The translations under genes and the position numbers were made by a program. The notes beneath the pieces were generated by a model. The model saw only the letters and a program-made list of their open reading frames with translations, did no database searches and was not told the origin of the DNA. Source: Tubulanus polymorphus (taxonomy: Eukaryota > Animalia > Nemertea). Taken from it: DNA of 64,000 nucleotides. The stretch's first letter is position 1, and each line of letters starts with the position of its first letter. This document shows, piece after piece, positions 10,101 to 22,063 of the stretch. The stretch is from contig NC_134028.1 of NCBI RefSeq assembly GCF_964204645.1, positions 9,052,001-9,116,000 on the forward strand, given 5' to 3'.

Positions 10101-13100
10101 AGATTTTGGTCTGTTCCGGACAATATTTGTAGTCCGCATGTTCATTGATATACAAGAAAATGGCTTTTAATCTGGATTTCCTGTAAACTGGATTAATTTT
10201 GATGGTCCCAAATGATCCGAATTAGCCAGATTCTGTATATTTTTTTGTGGTACAAACTGTCAGTCATAAATTTTTACAGAAAATGGAGACCCACTGCGCC
10301 GAAGAGGATCATCAAACTAAGTATGAAGCCTACAAAAAGAAATGTTTAGGTAAAATTGTTTTTGAGGAATACATAGTCGCCCAGGTTATAGATGATAAAA
10401 AGCCACCGAGCAAAATTCATGATTTGAAAATTTTCTTTTCAGAAAACAACTGCCTATATAGAGTCTACAATGAATGTGAGGTAAGAAGAATGAAAAACTT
10501 GATTATTTGTGTGGCTTTCTGCTACTATATACGGGGCTATAGCCTGACTGAAACATTGCTAATGTTTACTTCAAGGTTTGCTGCAAAGATGTGCCATACA
10601 TTAATTTTGTGGCTCACGAAGGAAGAGTCAAGCATCTACTGGTAAGAAAGAACTGCAATAGTATTATCAAGTGTTAACAATGAATTGGAGAACTTCCTAA
10701 TAATATATTGCTCAATTCGAATTCGTTCAAATCGGATATGAAATATCTTTCTTGATACGCATAATTTAATTGATAAGATACCTTGATACATGGCCACAGT
10801 TCTCGACTAGATATGGCTTAATCTTTTAAGACTTTTGATGAATTAATTTCCAATGTTTTATCTCTTCTTAAAAAGAGTAAAATCAATTTGAACTGAAGAA
10901 CCACCGGTGCAGACTCTTAACTGTTTCTAAGAAATTGGTGTATGCTTTCACTGAAATTGAACGTACTTAATCGTTATTGTTTAACCGGAAATGTTTTATT
11001 TTCAGATAATGAGCGTTTTGTTGATTTTGTTTTCATTCCATTTCTTTAGATTACTCCCTTATATCTATCCTGCCTACTCGGTCTGCGCAACGGACTGATA
11101 TGGGAAATATCCCGGTTCTCTGAACGGAGCAACTAAATTTGCTATAACTTAATATCCACTGCTGTTCTTAATGAAGCAGAAAAAAGGCCTCAGTTCAAAG
11201 CATTTTTTTTTCTCAAATATCACATGAAATTTGTGTAGGAGAGATGTGTGTGTCTCGCCGCAATCGGCGCTAGATGAAACAACACGCCTGCGCTGGTCTT
11301 GTGCCCTTTTTACAGAGTTTACGAAGTTTTCATGAAGCATTTTTTTCTGTTAACTGTACCAGTTACACTGCACATTTTAAAGCTCGCAGTGTAATTAATG
11401 CATTGTATGAAGTTGATTTTGTCATCGGCTGAAAGTTAAATGCGCTGTATTTTCTTTTGTTTCTTTTTTAGAATAAAATGTTAACGGAAAACGGAGGTGA
11501 GTTGTTCCTAGCCGGGGCTGTGTGTATGAAGCCTTGCCGTTGCCATCAGTTGTACTGATTTATTGCGACGTTTAACTGAAGCGCGTGAAGTTCCCAATTT
11601 GGCTGGTGCGCGGCGCTTCAGTCGGTCTCGTCCTCGTCGTCATCGATGTACGATGATGATGATTGACCGTTGTGTGATTGGCAGCTAGGGAACAACTAGG
11701 AGCGGACAGTCGATGGAAGGGCATGGAGGGCATTTCGGACCCGCGCCTGAACGTATAACTACGCGATCACGGGTTTTGGTTATTGTTGTTGTTTTTTTTC
11801 TTTGTAACCATCTCCCGTGTACCGTCATCAGTATATCATGGCTCGGGTGTCCCGTTTCGTGGTTCATTCAGTCAGAAACGAGTCACGACGCAAGTCGGCG
11901 CCACGTCTATCTATTTTATGCACGTCGTTGAGACCGCAGTTTCGATCTGAAAATTCCGGTGCTCGTGGATGGCACGTTTTTTCAAGAGTGAGAAAAAAAG
12001 GAAATGCGTTTTTCTGAACGTAGTCGTTGTCGGATATGTTGAAAAGAACGAGATTTAAGTATGCTCGCTTCGAGAAAGCAAGACGCCGAGATAGATCAAA
12101 CAGAAATGAATGTTTGTTCTGCCGAATTGTTTACGGAAAAACTGTTTACGATTTATTGAGATCAAGTATCTGAAATACACGCTGTGGATATCGAACTTTT
12201 CAGGTTTTGGAGAAACGTAGTTTTCTTGAGAGAAAAAAACCGAGTTTTCAGTTGTCTATTTGGCTGTATGCCAATAATGCCTGGTACTACTACGTATATA
12301 GATGTTCGAACTGCTGGAACGCAGGCATAATTCGAAATGTGTTCGACTCAGGATTCCTCGTCTGGAGACATTTAGCTACTGCAAAAAATACTATTTTGAA
12401 GTAGCTACTAATTCAAAAGTTTGGTAATATCAACCTTACACAAAGCTGTTCTGAGTTCAGCTGCAGGACTCGACTTATGTTCGCCTCGGGATTCCTCGAC
12501 CCTAAAAGAAAACCAAACTATTCGTGGCTGAATCCCGAGTAAACTGCATATTTGTTTAAATGCAGATGAGTTCGTTTTGAGAATTTGAAAATCAGATCGT
12601 ACTGATTTTCATTTTTTTCTGTTCTTCAAAGTTTTCCAAGTGAATTATGATGAACTTTAATGTGATTGATTTGTTTCTTGTTTGAATTTAGGTCCGGACG
12701 TCGATTGATTCGTTGTGCTAACTGTTTTCGTTCTTTCTTTCTTTTTTTGCGATGCTAATTTTATTTAGTCGCTCCGATGAAACTCGATAAAGCGCAGATC
12801 CAGGACGAATACGAAGCTATAAATACCCCTGAGAATCCATTACCAGGTACGAACATTTTTTTGCTGTACAGAAATTGATCAGAGGAATTCAGCTTGAAAG
12901 AAAACGATATCTTTTTGCCAACTGCAGCTCAGAAATTGTCGCCTGAAAATCATAAGTATGGAAAAATGAATACTATATACAGTAGAACTCGCTTAATTCG
13001 GATCACCTTTTTTTGTCCGAATCAAACAAAATCTGAATAATGTGCTCTCATTTGAATAGAAATAACCTAACCCTAATAAGAGGACTGGAATTTTAGTCCA

Positions 13101-16100
13101 AAATAAGTGAAAATCCATAAAAAACTGATCCGAAATAAGCGAGTTATACTGTATTGACTATTTCTGAGACATTTTGCTACTGCGGCCCCTCCCTTCTTCG
13201 AAATACTATTTCGACGTAGCCACTAATTCGAAAGTTTAGTATGTCAACTTTGAAAAAAGCTGTTCCGAGTTTAACTGCCAACACCTATTTCTGTTAAAGG
13301 AGCACGTTGGGTAGTTGAGTTGATCAAAGGAAATGATATGGAATCGTTTTCACTGACGTACATTTGTAAAGCTTGTAACAAAGACAAGAATATGTCACCG
13401 GAAGACATGGTAGCTCACATCCAAACTGGAGAGCATAAGATAAATATTCTTGTAAGTATAATGATTCTGTCGGCTTACGTTTCAGAAAGATTCTTTTTAC
13501 AATACTTTTTCGTAACTCCCTTACATGCAGTGCTCTCAACAATGGAACTATTGAAATATGTTAAACTTTCCATGCTGATAAGCTGCCAATAGTTAACCGC
13601 CCCTGTTACTCAGGTACTGACAACCATATTTTCCCCTGACCCACTGAACTATTTTTGAAATATTATGTAACCTTTCCTTTAAAACCACGAAGGCACTGAA
13701 TTTCCCCCTAACTACACTTGGCTTTCAACCATCCGCGATTGTCATGAACAGTTTCTGAAATACTTTACCTAATCTTGATACATAGATATTCTCAAATCAT
13801 CCCTGACTGTTAGCGACATTCTGAAATACTTATACACATACGAATTGCCATCTAAATGAAAACGCCCCTCCTGTCTTCTTGATTCTTATGAGCTGTCACT
13901 TTCAATGGATCACTGCTTATTCTGGAATACGGGTACTATTGAAAATTCACTTTAACCAGAATCGTGCTACCTATTCCAGAGAATCCAGCGATTTCCAGGA
14001 TTACTACCAAATTAACTAGAATACTTCAATCGAAACCTCAACCCGCCGAAAGGTTATTTGTCTATTTCTTGTATTACAGAAAAAGATATCAATGAAAGGC
14101 TTCAGAGCTGTTGAGGCGATGGTGAATGCGTATAATAAATCGCGACCGAGTGGAACAAGTCCACTTAAACTCAGCGAAGAAACGGTGAACTTTTTCAAAA
14201 AGAATCCAGACAAATTCTACAGATCAGAGAAAATCTCGTCATTAGTTTATGCTGGTGGGAAGGAATCGCTGGAAATGGTAATTGAGAATTTATCTTAAGT
14301 TTTTGTATTAAAGAAATAAACAAATAGTAATTATTTAGTATTATTATGTTCTCATGGTTTATGGATGTGTCTTTTCAGCACCACAAGGGTGATGAAGACG
14401 AAAGAGATATGGAGACTGGAATGAAGAAGAGAAAATCTGAAGATAACAAGGATAGAAGAGGGTTAAAGAAAAACAAAAGAGGTGACCGGCCGACGACCAG
14501 TTCTTAACGAACACCCTCGCTTAAGTTTATTGTTTATCATTAGAAAAACTTCTTGGATACAGAAACCTACTGTACATCAAGATGCGCCACATCTAGTAAA
14601 ACGAAAGTTGTACATATATTATCGTATATTTCAGATTCTGGGAGAAGGGGCCGTGATCAAAACAATGCATCAGGCAGTCCATCCAAATCATCAGTTGCGG
14701 TCAAAGATGAAGATGTCGTGGCTAAGATACAAACTCTCGTTAATGAAGATACAAGCGACATAATCGGTAAGAAAATTTGAATGAGCCTAATTTTGAACAT
14801 AGGTTTCATCTGGATCAATCATTTATATCCATGTATGTACCTATAGACATGATGTCTATAATAATACTAAGATAAGTTATGTATAGAAGTCTTTAGTTTA
14901 GCGCAAATGTAGATTTCAACTGCTGTACAATGTGCATTGTTATTGGGAACATTTTATCAATTCAATCAACCTGGCTTATTAAGAATCATGTTTAGGTATT
15001 TTTGAAAATCATTGGGTCTTTCCGTACATTACGTAGGTATCCAGTATTTGATTGAGAGACAATTCCCTAATGGAAAAGTTGAATATCATTGTTCCACCTG
15101 CCGAAATGATCTGGGAACCGACCAAACAGCTACCATTAAACATTACAGCGGATTTCAACACAAAAAGAATTACCTGGTAAGGAAATTGCTGACTAGTTGC
15201 GAATGTATTTGTGGAACATTATTACTTGAACTGGTGTTCGCAGCAAAATCCATATTTGCAGGTCCATTTTCCTGAGAATCTAAATTCTATTCCTGAAAAT
15301 GATTTTCAAAGTTGGAAAAACTACCTTTAGTCGTAGAAAAGAGTAAATTACCAGTAAATGACTGATAGGATCAGTTATTTGCCAATCTGAAGCAAAATGC
15401 ATTCTTTTCTGGTCTCCTCTCCTTATCAAGAAAAAGACCTTGGAACATGCTAATTTATATGCCTTGAGTGGTGATCCGTGGGTTGAAGGATGAACAAAAA
15501 AGAATTGTTTGCAAAATTTTAGCATGATGCCTTGTATCCTACTGGAGTGGCGCGCCTATCCTTGTTAGTGTCCCCATCCCTTTTAGTGTCAGGTTCTGGT
15601 CTTTACATGGATTAAGAGTATTCATCATCATGGCTAGGAACTTCTTCATTTCTGATTTCAGAAAAGGAATAAGAACGTTGAATTCAAGAAGATCGCCGAA
15701 CTGGACCGGACGCTTCGAGAGGGCGGTAAAACAAAAGACGAAATTCAACAAGAAATCGAAAAGAAAACTCATGAACTTTGTGAAGAATATCTGACAACTG
15801 ACCGGCCAAAGATCAAGGTTGATCAACAAAATTCTTGTAAGTTGATGGCGCTTTACGTATATGCAAAAGGTTTTCTTGGAATGAGGACCCTGCGGGAACT
15901 GTGGCTAGCAAAGATCCGCTAGTGTTCAGGGGCTAGATGCTCAAAAGTTGGTTAGAATTAACTGACAGATCAAACCATTGAAACCAGTGAGTACTGGAGA
16001 TCTTTAAGGAGACAGTGGCATCATATGACGTAGGGTAAAGTTCAATCGATGTAGCGCATGGACAATGTATACCTGTACACGTTAATACTGGTACATTCGT

Positions 16101-19100
16101 GTTCATACCATTTCAATATTCAATATCCGACATCTACAAAATTGTCATTACTTACCAATGTCATCTCATTGTCGACTATTATAGTCGAATGACTGTTCGA
16201 CTCTCGTTTCACGGTCGTTGTATATTTAGTTATTGCCACCCAACCTCTTTATTGAGTGCGGCCACTGGGCTTGTCCAGTGACAATTCCGTGCATTGTCTT
16301 AGATATATATCAATATGTACCTGCATGGTCCATGATAGATTCTAGATGAGCTAGATAAATCAAAAGATACATTAGGTAGTGACTGCATTTGGCGATACTA
16401 AAGAGCTCATCGTTATGCTGGTATTTCAGTCAGAGGAAACCGCGAAAGAAATTCCGGGAACCAGCAAGCGGCGGGCGGCAGACGTCTGCCTCAGAAACGC
16501 GGTCATCAGGATAGCGGTCGTCGCGATGGTGGCGGCGGCGGCGGCGGCGGAAGTGCCAGTCAAGCTAAACGACCGCGCGATAACCAACGACGTAACAACA
16601 ACAACAACAATAACCGTAACGATGGCAGACGTGACAGGCGCAATGAACGAACCGCTGGTAACCGTGGTGGTAACTGGTCAGTATTATTTTGCAGTCGGTC
16701 CTAGTTTGATTCCGAATTCAGCGGAACCTCATGATAAAGATCTCTGATATAACGATTTATCATTTACATAGCGAACTAAGAATTATCTCTGAATATTGAA
16801 ATTGTTAAATTGTTGAGCATTTTAAACCACTACCCAGGTGGGCATGGTGTCCCTGGACCCCTAGTTCTTAACAATTAATCATTTATGCAACCGACTTAAG
16901 GAATTTGATTTCCTATATTTCAGACTTTAACGAATAAAATATTTGTCTGACTTAAGTTTATAAATCCTGCATAGAGAGATTTTGATAGGAAAACAAACTT
17001 GAAAATTCCAGATCTAGAAATTCCTTCAGACATTTTCTGACTTGCACAAGTTTTACTGTATTATTTACTTCATCAATAACTAGGTCGATACAATCCATTA
17101 CACTGTCATTGTTTTATGATTTCAGGGGTAATACTAACAGATGGGTTGCATCACGAGGCCAGACAGGTAATAATTATGGAGGTTAGTACATATATTTGTA
17201 GGGACCAACCCATCCTTGGGTATATTTGAAGGGAAAAGGCTAGGGCTCTTCTAAGCCGTCAGGTCAAAGTGCCTATATGAAGGGACAGGGCTAGGGTTAT
17301 TTTGGCTACCGAGCCAAAGGATCTATCTAAAGTTCTGTAGACACCAAGACCAGGGTGTTATGAGACGAGGCCAGAATATGGGACCATCAGGTCTTTCTCT
17401 TGGGGCCAGCTACGAGATGAGACCCGGGTCTGATATGTACTCAGGTTCTAGCTGTTAGGCAAGTGATAGTCTCTTTCTCTATGTACCAGACCTGTGACCC
17501 ACCGCGCAATAAGCCAAATGTCTATGAACTTGTGTAGGATTTTGCCATATTTAATAATCCCAGGTTCTGTTCTACGTATGTTCACTAAAAAGTCTATATC
17601 ATGTTTTTATGATGAGCAGGTTATGGAAGAGCGATGGGAGATTTTAATAACAGCCAATACGATACAATGCAGAACTGGAGAGGATTCGGAGGGTAAGTAG
17701 ACATTACCATATACAGTCGCACACAACAATGGACGAAACTCAAGAGGTTCAGAATCATAACTACTGCACATTAAACCATATGCAATTAGGATGTTTGGGA
17801 CTAGAACAATCTTGCGATTTTGAACCTTTTCGCTGAAAATTACACCTCAGAAAAAGAAAAGCGCCTGCGCTTTATATGTTGACCTATAACTGTAGACCTC
17901 AAGGCATGTATCTCTGTCTTAAGTTGATCTATTTTAGTGTCTCATATGTATACCGGTAGCTTATGCAAATTGTAAATTCAACAGGAATGTGATAGCGTGT
18001 TGTTTAATATTTTTGATGCCAACAATGGCCGCTGCCAAACTGACATCCTGGACCAGGTTTTATACATTTCTAACCGGCATTGGCTGTACCTGGAGAGGCA
18101 TACTTATGCGATCTGGAAATGTTTGAGGGCTAATTTCAATGTTTCTTATGATACCATTAATTATGAAATATTGCTACATACCTGTATTCATCTACTAATA
18201 ATTCTGTAAGCGTCTTATTCAGTCTTCAAACTAGTTTTGGGTCAATAGGTCAATAGATCCAAAAATATCAATAGTTGACAATTTTCTAACAAACTATGTT
18301 ATTTTGTTCACAGAAACACTGCAATGGGTGGTAGTGGTGGATACAATGTACATGGTAATCAGGTGAGTGATTTGTTATTCCTTTTATTGTTACCATAGTA
18401 GATTAAAACACCTTCGCTGTCATTCTCAATTCTTCTGATTGACAAGGTGGCAATTGTCCAAGTACCGGTATTTATTTCGTTTTCAAAATTATTTCAGTTT
18501 CAAATGCAGCAACAACAACAGCAACAGCAGTCGTGGCAGCAACAGCAACAACATCAATCGAGTGGTAAACTGATGAATATGGTCAACGCTATGGTATGTG
18601 TAATTCTGTTTCACAAGGTCCTCTTATGCCTCTTCATAGGTCTACTTATGAATGAATGGGCATTTAGTCTTGCATAAAACAGAACTACATAGTGTTCCCC
18701 TCGGGCCCCTCAACCTGAGATAACTATGACATATTGTCACGATAACGCAGGGCTAAATCGGTATCAGGACAATTGCCCCCCGGACAACTGCCCCCCAATT
18801 TAAATCTTTTTAATCTTAAAGTAACACAGATATTTATTTCAAATTAATTAGACTAAGTGAAGTGAACTAATTCTAGCTAATTACTCTGGGACTGCTTTAA
18901 AGTTTTTGATTGGCTAAAGTGACACTAAAACTAATTCCAATAAATCAGCCAACATTAACTAATGCACTAATAAGTGGACTTATTAAGTTTCCTTTAATTT
19001 GGCAAGTGAATTATAATTACTGCACACAACATCAGTAATTCTGAATCTTATAAATCTATATTCAATAATATACAAATGAATTTCTAAGTAAAGTATTTAG

Positions 19101-20149
19101 GTGGTGTTAATCCAAATCAAAAAGGATTTTATTCGGGGCGGGGGGGGGGGCGGCAGTTGTCCGGAGGGCAATTGTCCTAGAATCGGCTAAATCATCACTT
19201 ATTGCACCCCTGTGTTAACTTTGCCGTTAATTTACCTAATTTTACTTTGTGTTAATTTACCTAATCACTGAACCAATTGATTCCTGTAAGGAAGTTGTGT
19301 ATGGAAATTAGTTTCTTGGCATCAGCTCGTCACAGGTTTGTTTCTGTTTTTGAATTATATTCACGTTTTCATTTACAGACTAATAACATGGATGAAGATG
19401 AAGCGGCGATGATTTTACAAATATCGAGTGCAGTTTCTCAAACTGTCCTACAGGGGAAGAGAAGAGGAGAAGCCCCTCTAGATATACAGGTAACGAACGG
19501 GCCGGCCTTTAGATATGTACCGGTCGAAAAAAGGGGGATGACAGAAATTCTCTACTGAAATTAAGCCCAATGCTTACATCCGGATCATAAGATAATATAA
19601 TCCTTAGTTCTAAAAAATCTGGGGTCATTTGCTCAAAAGTTGGTTAGATTAACTAATGGATAGTTCTCATAATGGCAAATAGAATTGCATTGTCATCACA
19701 AATTTATCCGGCAGTTTTCTCCAGCAATTTTTAAGCAACTAGCCCCTTAATTTCAATGCTTCTGGGGGCAGTCACTGGATATAACAAAATGGTTCGCTGA
19801 AGTTCGTTGTAACGAGGATTTGCTGTACCACTGTAGATTGCCAAAAAACTTCCATAGCCATTTCTCGGGTAATTTATGATTTATGGTGGGATATTTGTCG
19901 GTCTGTTTGTATAAGTTTGGTTTTAAATATTTGATATTTTTTCAGAGTCAGGTACAGACCGCATTAGCCGGACAGAACCAATGGGGTAACAACAGCGGTT
20001 ACTCGGGGAACCAGGGTGCGTTCTACGGCGGAAATAACCGCGGTCAACAAGTTCAACAGCACCAACAGCAAAACATGAGGTCTGGGTACAATAACCAACA
20101 AATAGCACCACCTAGTAACAACTGTTGGAACTTCGATAGTTATAAATAA
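7199..20149 (+). CDS. Multi-exon SAP-domain, multi zinc-finger (CG7065-like / U1-matrin-type) protein with acidic, RG-rich and Q-rich regions; putative nuclear RNA-binding protein
   Basis: Exons with GT-AG junctions, some boundaries approximate: 7199-7346 (SAP: LSSMTVVQLKNLCNSHGIPNSGKKVDIIDRL), 7889-8184, 8315-8378, ~8941-9035, ~9296-9332, ~9759-10016 (CKLC), ~10281-10349, ~10443-10480, ~10576-10641, 11472-11496, 12769-12846, 13300-13451 (PLPGARWVVE..YICKAC..H..H), 14080-14277, 14379-14481, 14635-14767, ~15037-15176 (IIGIQYLIE..YHCSTC..H..H), ~15662-15836, ~16430-16676 (RG-rich), ~17126-17181, ~17620-17692, ~18314-18363, ~18499-18593 (polyQ), ~19379-19489, ~19946-20149. AATAAA at ~20896. Confidence 0.8.
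8510..8666 (+). mobile_element. Short relative of the 1077-1442 element family
   Basis: Shared leader AATATCCGTG, inverted repeat gatgagtaaaa / ttttactcatc, shared 3' ttattgtgggattt, flanking direct repeat TTAACAGT. Confidence 0.5.
10066..10235. mobile_element. Tigger-like MITE (family copy 1)
   Basis: TA|CAGTCGAATACACTTAATTCGG ... CCGAATTAGCCAGATTCTG|TA; similar to 12980-13151 and 21226-21400. Confidence 0.65.
11497..11975 (+). ncRNA. Candidate structured intronic RNA element starting at the micro-exon 5' splice site
   Basis: Several nested complementary segments: 11500-11512/11684-11697, 11513-11536 hairpin, 11539-11548/11675-11685, 11575-11584/11613-11622, 11634-11645/11651-11662, long hairpin 11737-11852, 11853-11880, GCAA tetraloop 11886-11897. 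GC-richer than the surrounding intron; no TIR or TSD. Confidence 0.6.
12980..13151. mobile_element. Tigger-like MITE (family copy 2)
   Basis: TA|CAGTAGAACTCGCTTAATTCGGATCA ... TGATCCGAAATAAGCGAGTTATACTG|TA. Confidence 0.8.
16790..16866 (+). mobile_element. 3'-end fragment of the HINE-like element
   Basis: gaatattgaaattgtta..ttgttgagcattt..gtgggcatggtgtccctggacccctagtt is nearly identical to 6415-6490. Confidence 0.8.
18760..19184. mobile_element. Mutator-like MITE
   Basis: TIRs aggacaattgcccccggacaactgcc / ggcagttgtccggagggcaattgtcct and a 9-bp target duplication GGCTAAATC (18751-18759, 19185-19193). Confidence 0.8.
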
Positions 20150-20221
20150 TCAGATAGAAATAAGCCCCGGTAATTTGTTTGCAAGTAAATAAGTCCTTGG
20201 TTAATGTGGATGTGACCGTAT

Positions 20222-20700
20222 TTTACCTGTCTTTGTATTTAATCATGTTCTACTATTATCTTAGACGCACTTCCGTTGTAAAGAAACACTATATCTAACG
20301 CATGCGTGCGTACGCGATATTAATGGACCCAGCCCAGTTGCACTGTGGTAACATCTCCAGAATGGAACTTATATCTGTAGACCGGTCTTAAACTAAAACT
20401 TGGCTAAAACTAAAATGGTTTTAGACAGGTTTCAAGTCGAAATCTCGAACTCAACTGGCATTACCTGTCTTATGTATGTAATCATGTTCTATTGTTAAAT
20501 TAGATGCATTTTGTTGTAAATAATCACTCTATCTAATGCATGCATGCGTACGCGATATTAATGGACCCAGCCCAGTTCGCTGTGGTCTCCGAAATAGGTC
20601 TTATATCTCAAGACCGGTCTTAATTTGTTAAGACTGGCTGATATTAAGATGGTCTTAGGTTTTAAGTCCAAAGCTTGAATGCAACTGGCTGCAACTGGCC
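20222..20700. repeat. ~238-bp tandem duplication in the 3' UTR, each unit containing a small palindromic MITE
   Basis: ttacctgtctt..aatcatgttcta..tgcgtacgcgatattaatggacccagcccagtt..agaccggtcttaa..caactggc occurs at ~20222 and again at ~20461. Confidence 0.75.
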
Positions 20701-21225
20701 CCTGGTTAAGAATTACATCTTATTATAATGTGGATCATTGTTTATTTTTTGTCAGTGCTAGCTTAATGATATACGGGGATTTCGCATGAACATCTTATTA
20801 ATTTGTTAGAACTCTAGACTCGTTTTATATTTGTAACCTATTTGGTAAAACTATGTCGTGCGTTGTTTCAGTTGATACTCGGCTTATAGAATCGAAATAA
20901 AAGTCAAATTTTAATGAAACTATCTTTTTCGTTATGACTTCGTTGATGCGGATTATTTGTCACATTCCGGAGACACTTCAGCTGCGTACATACTAAACTG
21001 GTGGAAAGTTTCCATTTTCCTGTCGTTACTCAACGTTCCCATGAACTGCTAGAACTCGGTGAGACAATCGCCCGCCCTGTTGTCGAAGTCGCCGTCGCCA
21101 CCAATAAAGAAGACAAATTAACCTCATAATGCTTTATTCGGAATTTCACTTATTTCAGAATATAACTACAGTCCCCTGTAGGGTACACCAATACAGAAGA
21201 AAGTATAAAATGTTAATCTCTAGTA

Positions 21226-21400
21226 CAGTATTACTCGCTTAATTCGTATCGGTTTTATTCGGATTTTCACTTATTTCGGACTAAGATTACAGTCCCCAAT
21301 AGGGGATTTCTATTCAAGTGAGAGAACATAATTCGGATTTTGTTTTAATGCGGACAAATTGTCCAGTCCCAGGTGATCCGAATTTAGCGAGATCCACGGA
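21226..21400. mobile_element. Tigger-like MITE (family copy 3)
   Basis: TA|CAGTATTACTCGCTTAATTCG ... GATCCGAATTTAGCGAG; a partial related copy lies just upstream (~21130-21180). Confidence 0.65.
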
Positions 21401-22063
21401 TAATGCATTAAAATTGTCTTCATTACGATACATATAGCTATATATACTATGGGATAAATTGAGAGAGCGGGAAGGATAATCTGATTACATCGCTATAAGT
21501 ACATTGTATTCGCTTTTTTTCGATCCAATATCCGAGATACAAAAGTAAGTCCTAAACGTGATTGCGTTAGGTATTTTTATGATGATAAAATTATGATATG
21601 GATGGTAATGGTGTTTGTAATAAAACAGTGGTAGAAAGTCATTTGTTTCTTGGAAGAAGAAACGCTGAGTGTAGTAATGACACTACAGGGGGTTGTGATT
21701 ATTGATTGAACGATCATGCATCCAGTAGTACACATATACTCTATCATCTGAACCGTATCGATCCGCTAACGCTGCAGCCGTGCATCAACGTTTGAAAATG
21801 AGGCAGTAGCGTTATGACGTCATCACGCTGCAACCAGCATAAGATGCTGCAGAAAATATGGCCGAATAAATCCGATATACATTTCCACGGAATAAACGGC
21901 TCTGTTTAGGATGCTTTACACCAGAAACCGTCATACAGAAATACGGGATCTGAACATGTTTCGATTTAGCTTCGAAAAGATGTTCTGATCGCATTCACAC
22001 AATGGAAAACCGGTGGAAATGTTGAAAGGGTAGGGTTCTCTCCATATTGTAGTCGGATATTAA

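Noticed and set aside
11497-11975. Identification of the structured element as telomerase RNA, 7SK, RNase P/MRP or a C/D snoRNA
   Set aside because: No CTAACCCT template, no paired GATC motifs and no P4 consensus. ATGATGA lies inside a stem with no convincing guide or terminal stem. Left unassigned pending an Rfam search.
13066-13077. CTAACCCTAA telomerase-template-like motif
   Set aside because: Lies inside a Tigger-like MITE; a chance match.
16379-16747. 122-aa Ala/Thr-rich ORF
   Set aside because: Alternative frame of the RG/N-rich exon of the zinc-finger gene.
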